A DNA stretch of 64,000 bases from an uncultured Chloroflexia bacterium (GCA_963813335.1 CAWEYL010000001.1:832001-896000), one strand, 5' to 3'. Counted from the first letter of the stretch, positions 41,510-51,268 are shown. Notes: generated by a model not told the origin, from the letters alone. Made by a program: numbers and translations.

Positions 41510-43290
41510 ACCCGAATGCACAGTTCGAACGGGACCTGGAGCAGTGGCTCCAGGCCGAGGCGCCCGCGAGTGCGCCGGCAGGTTTCCACGCCACGGTCAT
41601 GGATCGGGCCCGGACCATGCGCCAGCGGCCCGCCTGGGCCACCTCGTTCCCGGCCCGACGGTTGGGCCGGGGTCGCGGCATGACGCTGCTCGCGGCCGCA
41701 GCCGTGCTGCTCGTCGGTGGGGCGGTGGCGGCGGGCTCGGGACTGGTGCGGCCGGCGGTCGTCCCGCCGGCGCCTGCCCCATCGTTCGCTGTCGTCGCCA
41801 CGGCATCGCCGGACGCGACGTCCCCCGGCCCGAGCGAACCGGCGGCACCATCGGGAGGTTCGACCGTCTCCCCGGTCACGAGTCCGACAGGAGTCTGGAT
41901 CCCCACCGGGACGATGAACACCGCTCGCGAGGGCGGCACCGCCGTGCGGCTCCTCGATGGCCGCGTGCTCGTGGCGGGCGACCGATGGAACCAGGGCTCC
42001 GCCGCCGCGACCTCCGCCGAGCTGTACGACCCGGCCAGCGGGACCTGGTCATCCACCGGGGCGATGCTCCATCCCCTCGACGTCTTCCCGGCCACGTTGC
42101 TGCGCGACGGCAAGGTGCTGGTGGGTGACGTCACCGACGGCGACACGAACCACCCAAGCTTCGGCGCCGAGCTGTACGACCCGGCTACCGGGACCTGGTC
42201 ATCGGCGGGGAGGCTGGCTACTGTGGGAGCGCTAGACCATCCCGCGACCCTGCTGGCTGACGGGAAGGTGCTGGTGTCGGGTGGGGAGCCCTCCGAGCTG
42301 TACGACCCCGACAGCGGGACTTGGACCGCTACGGGAAAGATGGTCACCACCCAATGGAATCAAGCGGCCACGCTGCTGCCCGATGGCAGGGTGCTCGTGG
42401 TGGGCGGCGAATTCCCGAACGTCAAGGCCCAGCTCTACGACCCCGACACGGGGAAGTGGACTGCGACAGGGGATCTGCTCGAGCGCCATTCGGGACATGA
42501 CGGGGACGGCCCCGAGGCCACCCTGCTGAAGGATGGCACGGTGCTCGTGGCGGGCCTGGGCAGGGCCGAGCTGTACGACCCGGTTACCGGAACGTGGAGC
42601 GCCACTCGGGAGAAGCCGCTGGATCGGAACGCGATCTATCGGTCGGCCACCCTCCTGTCGGATGGCAGGGTGCTGCTGGCGGGTCATGGGGACGCCGAGC
42701 TATACGACCCGAGCACCGGGTCCTGGACGAAGGCCGGGGCCATGCTCCACGACGCACCCTCAGCCACGCTGCTGCTCGATGGAACGGTCCTCGTCGCGGG
42801 TGGCACCATCGACGGCGTCGTGACGGCCTCGGCAGAGCTGTACGTCCCTGCCGGCGTGTCGCCGCCAGCCGCGGTGGTCGCCCTCCCCACGCCGGCCCCG
42901 ACCCCGACACCCACACCGACCCCGACCCCGACAGCGGTCCCGACGCCGTTCCCGCCAGCGGCCGGTCCCGTCCCGACGAACGCACGGTCCTGGACCGTCA
43001 CCGTCACCAATACGAGCTCAGGACCCGGGACGTTGTTCCTGGCCGAGGACGGCGAGAACGGCATCGGCCGGCTGTGCGGGTCCGTGACCCCCAACGTCGT
43101 GGCAGCCGGCGTCACCGCGAAGGTGACCTTCCTGCTCCCGCCGAAGCGGGTGACGGATTGTTGGATCTGGGTGAACCCGGTTCCGGGCCTGGGTGGATCG
43201 ATGTTCCAGACGTCCGACGCACCCATGGCGGGCAAGTTCGTCATCATGGACGGCGAGAATGGCCCCCAGGGAGCCTGGGGAGGCCAGTAG
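41506..43290 (+). CDS. Probable membrane-anchored anti-sigma factor with Kelch-repeat beta-propeller and PT linker
   Basis: ATGA overlap with the sigma gene; short cytoplasmic N-terminus, TM, about 7 repeats of ATLLxDGxVLVxG...ELYDPxxGTW; PTPTPTPTP linker. Confidence 0.8.
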   Translation: MNPNAQFERDLEQWLQAEAPASAPAGFHATVMDRARTMRQRPAWATSFPARRLGRGRGMTLLAAAAVLLVGGAVAAGSGLVRPAVVPPAPAPSFAVVATASPDATSPGPSEPAAPSGGSTVSPVTSPTGVWIPTGTMNTAREGGTAVRLLDGRVLVAGDRWNQGSAAATSAELYDPASGTWSSTGAMLHPLDVFPATLLRDGKVLVGDVTDGDTNHPSFGAELYDPATGTWSSAGRLATVGALDHPATLLADGKVLVSGGEPSELYDPDSGTWTATGKMVTTQWNQAATLLPDGRVLVVGGEFPNVKAQLYDPDTGKWTATGDLLERHSGHDGDGPEATLLKDGTVLVAGLGRAELYDPVTGTWSATREKPLDRNAIYRSATLLSDGRVLLAGHGDAELYDPSTGSWTKAGAMLHDAPSATLLLDGTVLVAGGTIDGVVTASAELYVPAGVSPPAAVVALPTPAPTPTPTPTPTPTAVPTPFPPAAGPVPTNARSWTVTVTNTSSGPGTLFLAEDGENGIGRLCGSVTPNVVAAGVTAKVTFLLPPKRVTDCWIWVNPVPGLGGSMFQTSDAPMAGKFVIMDGENGPQGAWGGQ

Positions 43291-43296
43291 GCGACG

Positions 43297-43737
43297 TTAC
43301 CCCATCCGCTCGACCCACGCGGCTCGCCACGCGGGGGCATCGTATGGCGGGGCGAAATACCACGTCTCGCGATACACCTTGCCGCCTCGAAGCTGGATCA
43401 ACCCGGAGAGGAACCAGGTCGAGCCATCGGGGTAGACGCTCGTCCCATCGAAGAACCAGAAGTCGCCGCTACCGATGACGCGGTGGATCGTGTTCATTGG
43501 TGTCGCGATCCATTGGTCCTCGCTTCCGACGACACGGACCGTCAAGTCGCTCGGCCGCCCGCCTGGCCAGTTCTCCATGATCGCCCGGTCGTTCGCGCTG
43601 CCGCGAACCAGCTCGCCCGACTGGGGCCACTCGCACGACCAGTCGAGGTCGCGCAAGGCTTCGGCCGAGTCGTAGTCATGGGCGGCCCGCGCCTCGTTGT
43701 AACGACGGACGATCTCCTCGTTTGATGGGTTCGCCAC
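43297..43737 (-). CDS. SnoaL-like / NTF2-family protein
   Basis: EEIVRRY, EWPQSGELVRG, YPDGSTW, GGKVYRETWYF...APAWRAAWVE. Confidence 0.8.
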   Translation of the reverse strand: MANPSNEEIVRRYNEARAAHDYDSAEALRDLDWSCEWPQSGELVRGSANDRAIMENWPGGRPSDLTVRVVGSEDQWIATPMNTIHRVIGSGDFWFFDGTSVYPDGSTWFLSGLIQLRGGKVYRETWYFAPPYDAPAWRAAWVERMG

Positions 43738-44781
43738 ACTCTCTCCTCTGGCGCGCTGAGAAGCAACCGTGATGCCGCCGGTCCGCTTGGTCAAGCGTTC
43801 ATCTTGGGGGTGAGGTGAGGTACCGTCGGGATCGGATGACGCGCCCTCCCTGCTGTCAGGAGGATCTGGTCGGGCGTATGGATCAGCACCGGTCCACGGG
43901 TCCGGTGCGGCCGTTCGTCGACGCGGCTCGCATGGAGCACTGGCGCCCCCGGACGGATTCGGGCAGGCGAGACTCCCTTACCCCGCTCGCGGGACGTCCT
44001 GGTCGGAACGAGATGCCCTGCCTGCCTTCGTCGCCTTCTACGATCAGCGCCGCCCGCACCGCGCACTGGGCGGATGCCTCATCCTCGGCCGTTGTCAACA
44101 ACGTCCGTGGTGACCACATCTAGGTCTGGGCCGGAGCTGTGTCGGCGATCCTGGCAAGGTCGAGTGCCTGCTTGATCGTCAGCCGACGGCCGATCTCCGT
44201 CGCTCGAGCGACATCCACATCCGACAGCGATGAGCGTTGCCGGGTCCGGTCGTTGTGCCCGATTTCGAACTGGTAGTCGCCGGCGTCGCCCCCTGGCGAC
44301 GTCTACCGCAGCTCATCGTTGGCGCAACCACGTCCCGCGCGACGTCTTGACGCTCGGGGCGCCTCGCCCAAGATCGCAGGTTGGGCAAGAGGTGGCGCCC
44401 CCGGACGGACGCCGGGGCACACGAGGCAAAGCGAGAGACCCGCTCGCGTGGTATGCCAGCACCTGAGGAAACCGTGGTGGGAGGCGAACCTGGCGCCGGA
44501 CCTTCGATCTGCCTGCGCGTCCTGTTCCGATCCGACCCCAATCCCGGCTTGCGGCGCGGCCTGCGACGGCCCTGACGTGCTCCGTCCTCGCGAGGTGTCT
44601 GTGACCTCCGCCAGGTCCGGGGGCGCTTACCGGCGCTGGCGGCCGAGGCTCACGGGGGCCCCCTGATCCGGCCCCGGTCTCAAAGCCTCCCACGTTTCGA
44701 TGGAGGCGACGAGGGCGCGGAAGCATCGGGCATCCCGGTTTAGCGAGACGTAGGCTGTTGTACCAGCAGTAGGAGCGTCGC

Positions 44782-45189
44782 ATGCCTGACTCGCCGTTGC
44801 CGCCGGGCATCCGCCGGCCCGTCGCCCGATCCGCCTCGCAGCTCGATGAAATCCCTGCGCAGCAGACGCCCGGCATCTGCCGCCGCCAGGCGTTCGCCGG
44901 CGACGACCGCTGGGTCGGGTACGTCCAGACCCAGCTGGGCGAGTGGAGCGGCTGGCACCACCACGGGGAGACCGACACCTACATGTACGTGCTCTCCGGC
45001 GGCCTGGAGTTCGAGTTCGGTCCCGCGCGCGAGCAGCTCCTCGTGGGTTCCGGCGACTTCGCGCTCATGCCGGCCGGTGTGGTCCACCGCGAGCGGACCA
45101 CACCCGGAGCGCCCGGCGAGATCGTGCTGGTGCGCATCGGCCCCGGACCAGCCGTCGTGAACGTGGACGACCCACACGACCCGGTCTGA
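44782..45189 (+). CDS. Cupin domain protein
   Basis: SGWHHHGETDTYMYVLSG...GDFALMPAGVVHRE; SD AGGAG. Confidence 0.85.
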   Translation: MPDSPLPPGIRRPVARSASQLDEIPAQQTPGICRRQAFAGDDRWVGYVQTQLGEWSGWHHHGETDTYMYVLSGGLEFEFGPAREQLLVGSGDFALMPAGVVHRERTTPGAPGEIVLVRIGPGPAVVNVDDPHDPV

Positions 45190-45369
45190 ACCCAGCGCAT
45201 CGTGAGTGAACTGGAGCTCGCCTACGACCTTGGACGCCGCGGACGTTGTCGTCGGCGGGCGCGACGGCCCGGGGTTGTACGGATCCGCGGGCTCGCCGAC
45301 CGGATCCGGCCCCGCCCGAGGCTCGACACGCACTGGCTCTCGCACAACCTCTAGGGTTGGACGGGAACC

Positions 45370-45445
45370 TGGCGCCCCCGGACGGATTCGAACCGCCGAC
45401 GCAGGCCTTAGGACGGCCTCGCTCTATCCACTGAGCTACGGGGGC
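45370..45445 (-). tRNA. tRNA-Arg(CCT)
   Basis: GCCCCCGTAGCTCAGTGGATAGAGCGAGGCCGTCCTAAGGCCTGCGTCGGCGGTTCGAATCCGTCCGGGGGCGCCA; 76 nt, encoded CCA. Confidence 0.95.
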
Positions 45446-45607
45446 GCGGCGTCCATCGTACCGCGGGTTTCCGCGGCGTCAGCGGGCCAGGGAACCGATC
45501 CGGGGCGCATCGCGTCTTGCGGCGCATGGCCGCCGCACCTCCCTGCGGCGGCCTGCTTCGTCCCGAAGCGGGCGACATCGCGGCCCTCACCTACAATCCG
45601 GGACGCG

Positions 45608-45898
45608 ATGACCGCTCCCCTCCCCGACCTGATCCTCTACAGCCGACCCGGCTGCGGCCTGTGCCGCGAGACCCGTTCGCTGCTCGAGGCGCTGCTGCGG
45701 CAGCGAGCGACCGAGGGACGCGCGGTGCCACGCCTCCTCGAGCACGACATCGACACCGACGCCGAGCTCCAGCGGGCGTTCTTCCTGGTCATCCCGGTCG
45801 TCGAGCTCGGGGATCGACGGCTGGAGCTCGCCACGAGCGCGTCCGCGCTTCGCCGCCTGCTCGCGGACGTCCTCGACGCCGAGCCGGTGAACGGCTGA
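45608..45898 (+). CDS. Glutaredoxin-like protein (DUF836)
   Basis: LILYSRPGCGLC, DID, IPVV. Confidence 0.82.
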   Translation: MTAPLPDLILYSRPGCGLCRETRSLLEALLRQRATEGRAVPRLLEHDIDTDAELQRAFFLVIPVVELGDRRLELATSASALRRLLADVLDAEPVNG

Positions 45899-45902
45899 CC
45901 CG

Positions 45903-46727
45903 ATGAACGGGACCGACCTCACGATCCTGGTCGCCCTCGCAGCCGGGGTCATCAGCTTCCTGTCCCCGTGCGTCCTCCCGTTGGTCCCTGCCTACATCGG
46001 CCAGCTGACCGCGATCGCGGTGGCCGCCGGCGAGCCCGGCGCCCGGCCATCGCGCTGGATGGCCGTCCGGCAGTCGCTCGCGTACGTGGCCGGGTTCGGG
46101 GCGGTGTTCACGATCCTCGGCATCACGGCCACCTTCATGGCCGGCCCGCTCGCCGACTACCTGGGGGCGCTGCGCATCGTCGGCGGCCTCCTCCTGATCG
46201 TCCTCGGCCTCAACCTCGCCGGGATCCTTCACGTGCCGATCCTGGAGCGCACCTGGCGGCCACTCGAAGCCGGTGCGTCGGGCTCGCTCGCGACCGCCAC
46301 GGGGACGGTCGCGCTCGCTTCGGGCGGCGCGGACGGATCGGCGGGTGTCGGCGACCGCGTGGGCGCCCGGATGGTCAGCCCCCGCGGCGGCTGGATCGCC
46401 TCGTTCGGCCTCGGGGCGATCTTCGCCATCGGCTGGACTCCGTGCATCGGGATCATCCTGGGCGCGATCCTGACGATGGCCGCGACCTCGGGCACGACCG
46501 CCCAGGGCGCGATCCTGCTGCTTGCCTACACCCTCGGGCTCGGGCTGCCGTTCATCGGCATCGCGCTGGTCTACGATCGGGCGCCCCGCCTGGTCCGTCC
46601 GCTGGTCCGGCATGGCCAAACGGTCTCGCTCATCGGCGGGCTGCTGGTCGCCTTCATCGGCGTCGCGATGGTCTTCGACCTGCTCGCGTTCCTGCCGCGC
46701 TACTTCACGTTCAACACGGCCATCTAG
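45903..46727 (+). CDS. ccdA: Cytochrome c biogenesis protein CcdA
   Basis: AGVISFLSPCVLPLVPAY and FAIGWTPCIG. Confidence 0.92.
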   Translation: MNGTDLTILVALAAGVISFLSPCVLPLVPAYIGQLTAIAVAAGEPGARPSRWMAVRQSLAYVAGFGAVFTILGITATFMAGPLADYLGALRIVGGLLLIVLGLNLAGILHVPILERTWRPLEAGASGSLATATGTVALASGGADGSAGVGDRVGARMVSPRGGWIASFGLGAIFAIGWTPCIGIILGAILTMAATSGTTAQGAILLLAYTLGLGLPFIGIALVYDRAPRLVRPLVRHGQTVSLIGGLLVAFIGVAMVFDLLAFLPRYFTFNTAI

Positions 46728-47459
46728 GTGAGCGATCGACCCGAGTTCACCCACCAGCGCGAGCGCCACGGCCTCGTCGGCCCATTCAGCGGCCGGCAGA
46801 TCCTCGCCGCGTTCCTGGCGATCGTGGCCGCCGCGATCATCCTCGTCGGGATCACCACACCGCTCGGCAATACCGGCGGTCCGGCGCTCGTCGACCCCCG
46901 GGCCACGCCGTTCGTCATCGCCTCGCCGACGCAGGGCCTGCGCCCGGGCGACCTGGCCCCCGAGCTGACGATCCCGCTGCCCGACGGCACCACCTACCAG
47001 CTGACCGACCTCGACGGGAAGCCGATCCGACTCGCCGATCTGCGCGGCAAGGTGGTCTGGCTCAACTTCTGGGCGAGCTGGTGCCCGCCGTGCCAGCACG
47101 AGACGCCGATCCTGCGCGACCTGTCGGAACGGTACAAGGAGCAGGGCCTCGAGGTCATCGGCGTCAGCGTCCAGGAGACGACGGTGGACGACGTCAAGGC
47201 GTACGCCGAGCGCTACGACCTGCACTACACGATCGGCTTCGACGCCTTCGGGTACGTGTTCCACACGTACAAGGTCTTCGCGCTGCCGACGCAGTTCTTC
47301 ATCGACGTGAACGGGGTCATCCAGCAGGTGGCCAACGGCCCGGTCGACGAGGACGCCGCTGCGGCCCTGATCGAATCGATGCTCCCGCCCGCGGCGAGTG
47401 CTGGCCCTGGCTCGAGCGCGAGTCCCGTCTCGGCGGCGCCCTCCCCTTCCCCGTCCTAG
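46728..47459 (+). CDS. TlpA/ResA-family thiol-disulfide oxidoreductase
   Basis: N-terminal TM, GKVVWLNFWASWCPPC, LPTQFFID. Confidence 0.9.
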   Translation: MSDRPEFTHQRERHGLVGPFSGRQILAAFLAIVAAAIILVGITTPLGNTGGPALVDPRATPFVIASPTQGLRPGDLAPELTIPLPDGTTYQLTDLDGKPIRLADLRGKVVWLNFWASWCPPCQHETPILRDLSERYKEQGLEVIGVSVQETTVDDVKAYAERYDLHYTIGFDAFGYVFHTYKVFALPTQFFIDVNGVIQQVANGPVDEDAAAALIESMLPPAASAGPGSSASPVSAAPSPSPS

Positions 47460-47762
47460 ACCGGTTCGTCGCAGTCGTGCGGCCTGTTCGATGCCGCGCC
47501 GAGCCCGAATTCCCGTCAGATGACCATCAGGCGGTCCTTGGTCAGCCGCGGACCCGGGCGGTCGATCCAGGTCACGCTCGCTGAGGCACCGACAGGACGC
47601 ACGTTCCTGTCAGATGACCATGTGGCGCGACATCTGGCAGGAAGTCGCTGACGAGCGACCGCCTGAGTCACATCTGTCAGAAGTCGGCGGGCGAGACGGG
47701 GCTCGGCCCGGGCTCGGGGGCGCCGGCGACCTCCCCTTCCCCGTCCTAGACCGGCTCGTAGC
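47434..47762. repeat. Approx. 39-bp direct repeat (period 290 bp) flanking a non-coding insert with REP-like hairpins
   Basis: CCTCCCCTTCCCCGTCCTAGACCGG identical at 47440-47464 and 47730-47754; internal GTCAGATGACCAT at 47515 and 47609; stem TTCCTGTCAGATG/CATCTGGCAGGAA. Confidence 0.8.
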
Positions 47763-48612
47763 GGAAGCGATCGCGGTCGCGGACCACGCGGCCGATCGGC
47801 TGGCGGGCCTCGTGCGAGAGCACGATCAGCCAGTCCTCGTCCGCGGCCTGGGCGAACAGCTCGCCCTTCCGCACGACCGAGTCGAGCGGGAAGTCGTCGA
47901 ACGCGGTGACCCAGCGCGGGTTGGCCGCCCACGGCCGCATGAACAGGTCGCCGAAGAAGGCCAGCGTCCGGGCGCCGTCGCCCTCGCCGCGCACGACGAT
48001 CGCCTGGTGCCCCGTCGAGTGGCCGCCGGTCGGCACCACCGTCACGCCAGGGACCAGCTCCTTCTCGCCGTCGGCCCAGCCCTGCGCACCCCAGTCCTTG
48101 ACCAGCGTCAGCTCGGGCTGCACGTACGAGGCGACCAGCCGCGGGTTGTCGCCGAGCGCGACCTCCCACTCCGCCTTCTGGGCGACGATCTTCGCGTGCG
48201 GGAAGGCGCGTTCGCCGTCCGCGCGCAGCAGCCCGCCCGCGTGGTCGAAGTGGAGATGGCTCATCGCCACGACGTCGATGGTCTCCGGGAGGACGCCCGC
48301 CGTCTCGAGGGCGGCGACGACCCACGGCCCCTCGTAGGCGCGCATCGCGCGGGTCTTCTCGTCGACGCGCTCGCCGATGCCGGTCTCGACCAGCACGCGC
48401 CCCGACGGTGTCTCGATGACGAGGCAGTTCAGCGCCTGGAGGAGCCGTCGCTTGTCGTCGACCTCGTCGGCGACGAGGCCGCCCCACAGCACCCACGGCA
48501 CGGGGCCGAACAGCGTGCCGGCATCGGAGCGGAACGTTCCCGCCTGGATGAGCGCGACCCTCGTGCCGCCGCCGAGGTCGGCCTGCCAGTCGACCGCGTC
48601 GTTCAGCGCCAT
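47746..48612 (-). CDS. MBL-fold metallo-hydrolase (YtnP-like)
   Basis: DAGTLFGPVP, SHLHFDHAGG, GGHSTGHQ, GDL, HE. Confidence 0.88.
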   Translation of the reverse strand: MALNDAVDWQADLGGGTRVALIQAGTFRSDAGTLFGPVPWVLWGGLVADEVDDKRRLLQALNCLVIETPSGRVLVETGIGERVDEKTRAMRAYEGPWVVAALETAGVLPETIDVVAMSHLHFDHAGGLLRADGERAFPHAKIVAQKAEWEVALGDNPRLVASYVQPELTLVKDWGAQGWADGEKELVPGVTVVPTGGHSTGHQAIVVRGEGDGARTLAFFGDLFMRPWAANPRWVTAFDDFPLDSVVRKGELFAQAADEDWLIVLSHEARQPIGRVVRDRDRFRYEPV

Positions 48613-48634
48613 CGATCGCTCATGGGGCCGCGGG

Positions 48635-49207
48635 TCAGGACTTCTCGAAGTCCTGGTGGAAGGCCGAGGCGGTCGGCTCCTTCTGGCCCTGGTAGCGCGA
48701 GCGCAGCTCGGGCGAGCCGTACGGCCGGTCGACCGGCGACGACATCTTGAAGAACGAGATCTGGCCGATGCGCATCCCGAAGTAGAGCGCGATCGGCAGG
48801 TTCGCGACGTTCGACAGCTCGAGCGTGAGGTTGCCCTTCCAGCCCGGGTCGACGTAGCCCGCCGTGGAGTGGATCAGCAGTCCGAGCCTCCCAAGGCTCG
48901 ACTTACCCTCCAAGCGGGCGACGAGGTCGTCGGGCAGCTCGACCCATTCGAGGGTCTGCCCGAGCACGAACTCGCCGGGATGGAGGATGAATGGCTCGTC
49001 GGCCTCCACGGTCAGCAGCTCGGTCAGGTCCGGCTGCGGCGCCCGGACGTCGATGTACGGGTAGCGGTTGTTGCGGAAGACGCGGAAGCTGTGGTCGAGG
49101 TGGAGGTCCACCGAGGACGGCTGCAGGTCCTGCGGGTCGTACGGGCGGACGGTGACCGCGCCGGACTCGAGGGCCGCGCGGATGTCGCGGTCGGAGAGGA
49201 CGCTCAC
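48635..49207 (-). CDS. dcd: dCTP deaminase
   Basis: [48 protein letters not shown]. Confidence 0.96.
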   Translation of the reverse strand: MSVLSDRDIRAALESGAVTVRPYDPQDLQPSSVDLHLDHSFRVFRNNRYPYIDVRAPQPDLTELLTVEADEPFILHPGEFVLGQTLEWVELPDDLVARLEGKSSLGRLGLLIHSTAGYVDPGWKGNLTLELSNVANLPIALYFGMRIGQISFFKMSSPVDRPYGSPELRSRYQGQKEPTASAFHQDFEKS

Positions 49208-49683
49208 GCGTCGAGCGCGTCGGGCGTGCCGCGCTCCTCGTACAGCGAGTCGACCTCGCGCTTGAGTGCCTCGAGGTCCTCGTAGCTCTGGTACACGCTG
49301 GCGAAGCGGATGTAGGCGATCTGGTCGATCGCGCGGAGCTGTTCCATCGCCATCGCCCCGACGCGCGACGAGGGGATCTCCGATGCGCCCGACGCGCGCA
49401 GCTCGGCCTCGATGGCGTCGGCCGCGGCATCGGCCGCACCGGCGGGCACGGGGCGGCGAGTCAGCGCCTTGCGCAGCCCCGAGACGAGGCGGTCGCGATC
49501 GAATTCCTGGCGCGAGCCGTCGCGCTTGATGACGACCAGGCGGGCAGCCTCGACCCGCTCATAGGTGGTGAACCGCGTCGCGCACGCCGAGCACTCGCGG
49601 CGGCGGCGGATGGTGGCGGAGTCATCGAGGTCCCGGGAGTCGACCACCCGGGTCTCGCGCTCTCCGCAACTGGGGCAACGCAT
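49204..49683 (-). CDS. nrdR: Transcriptional repressor NrdR
   Basis: MRCPSC...VVDSR...[18 protein letters not shown]; ATP cone; AYIRFASVY. Confidence 0.97.
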   Translation of the reverse strand: MRCPSCGERETRVVDSRDLDDSATIRRRRECSACATRFTTYERVEAARLVVIKRDGSRQEFDRDRLVSGLRKALTRRPVPAGAADAAADAIEAELRASGASEIPSSRVGAMAMEQLRAIDQIAYIRFASVYQSYEDLEALKREVDSLYEERGTPDALDA

Positions 49684-49704
49684 CGGGCTCCTGTCGGGTA
49701 CGTA

Positions 49705-49751
49705 CCACTAGGTCTTGTGGTATGACCGCAGGATACCACTACATGGTGTGG
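49705..49751. promoter_or_regulatory. Tandem NrdR boxes
   Basis: CCACTAGGTCTTGTGG (49705-49720) and CCACTACATGGTGTGG (49736-49751), 31 bp apart, directly upstream of nrdR. Confidence 0.8.
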
Positions 49752-50269
49752 TCGGCCTGCTTCAACTCGTCGGCCAGGACCGCCTGTCGCGCGATCGCCT
49801 CGCGGGCGTGGATGAGGTTCAGGTACCCGCGCTTGATGGAGGTCTGGGCCTCGAGCTCGCGCGCGCCGCCGCGCACCGACGCGAGGATATTCGTCCCATG
49901 CTCGACGGTCGAGAGCGCCCGGCCGGCACGCTCGAGCCCCAGCACCAGGTCCTCGCGGATCGGCGTCGCGCTCTTGGGCGCGTGCAGCGCCTTCGCCTCC
50001 TCGAGGTACTGCTCGACGGCATCGGAGGCGGCCGTCAGCGTGTCGCCCAGCGCCGCCGGCTCGAGGGCGTGATGGCGGACCAGGTCGATCCGCCCGGCGG
50101 CGCCGGTGAGCGACGCGTCGACCCGCGCGGTCAGGTCGCGGATGGCGGAGCGGAACGACTCCACCTCGCGCGTCTTCGCGACGATGCGGCCGGTCCCCCG
50201 GAAGACCACGATGAGCCCGGCCGCGAGCGCGACGAAGGCGAAGATCGGCAGGAGGATGATCCAGTCCAC
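49739..50269 (-). CDS. Hypothetical protein with N-terminal TM and helical domain
   Basis: VDWIILLPIFAFVALAAGLIVVF then amphipathic helices; co-oriented between etfA and nrdR. Confidence 0.7.
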   Translation of the reverse strand: MDWIILLPIFAFVALAAGLIVVFRGTGRIVAKTREVESFRSAIRDLTARVDASLTGAAGRIDLVRHHALEPAALGDTLTAASDAVEQYLEEAKALHAPKSATPIREDLVLGLERAGRALSTVEHGTNILASVRGGARELEAQTSIKRGYLNLIHAREAIARQAVLADELKQADHTM

Positions 50270-50288
50270 GCGGTCGCCCCGGCAGCCG

Positions 50289-51268
50289 TCAGGTCGCGCG
50301 AGCCCGGAGCGCCGCCAGCAGCGCCCGGCCCACGTCGAAGAGGTCCCCGACCACGAACAGATCGGCGAAGTCGGCGATCGGCGCATCCGGGTCGCGGTTG
50401 ACGGCCACGATCGTCCCCGACGTCTGCATCCCGACCTTGTGCTGGATCGCCCCGCTGATCCCCAGCGCGAGGTAGAGCTGCGGCTTGACGATCTTCCCCG
50501 TCTGGCCGATCTGCTGGCCGTACGGGATCCAGCCCGAATCGACGGCCGCGCGGGTCGCGCCGACCGTGCCGCCCAGGGCCGCCGCGAGCTCGCCGACGAG
50601 CGCGAACCCGTCCGCGCCGCCGACCCCACGGCCGCCCGCGACGATGACCTTCGCTTCCTCGATCGGCGCGGCGGCCGCCTCGGCGACGATCCGCTCGACC
50701 ACCGCGGCGGTCGGGCCGTCCGGCGCCGCCGGCGCGGCCGTGGCCTCCACCACGCCGGGCGTCGCCGCCGCCTCGGCGGTCACCACGTTCGGGCGCACGG
50801 TGACGATGCCGCGGCCCGCGGTCAGGACACTCCGCGTCGTGAGCTTGCCGCCGAAGACGCTGTGCTCCGCCTCGGGGCCGCCGTCGGTCCACGAGACCGC
50901 GGTCGCGTTGGCGAGGACGCCGAGACCCGTCAGCGCGGAGACGACGCCGGCGAGGTCGCGCCCCTCGGGCCCCGCTCCGGCGAGCAGGACCAGCGGCTCG
51001 TGCTGGCCCGTCGAGACCGGCCAGGCGGCGCGCCACGATGGTCCCAGCGGCGTTGTCCGCGGTCGCGGACTCCGACGATCGCGATGACCCGCGGCACGTA
51101 GCGCGCGAGCTCTGCGGCCGCGGCTCCAGGCGCGGACCCGACGACGACCCCGGTCACCGGCTCGCCGGACTCGTCGCCCAGCGCCCGCGCGATGGTCGCG
51201 ACCTCGGTGCTGATGCGGGCCAGCGACCCGTCGCCGGCCAGCTCGCCGTGGACCCAGATCCCGCCCAT
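50289..51268 (-). CDS. etfA: Electron transfer flavoprotein alpha subunit (frameshifts near 51010-51070)
   Basis: VIVAGGRGVG, VGATRAAVDSGW, QIGQTGKIVKPQLY, GISGAIQH, NRDPDAPI. Confidence 0.92.

Noticed and set aside
41900-42850. Regularly spaced GAGCTGTACGACCC repeats, superficially CRISPR-like
   Set aside because: They encode the ELYDP motif of in-frame Kelch repeats; degenerate at third positions; no cas genes
42886-42935. Hexamer tandem repeat (CCGACC-like)
   Set aside because: Encodes a Pro-Thr linker within the Kelch protein
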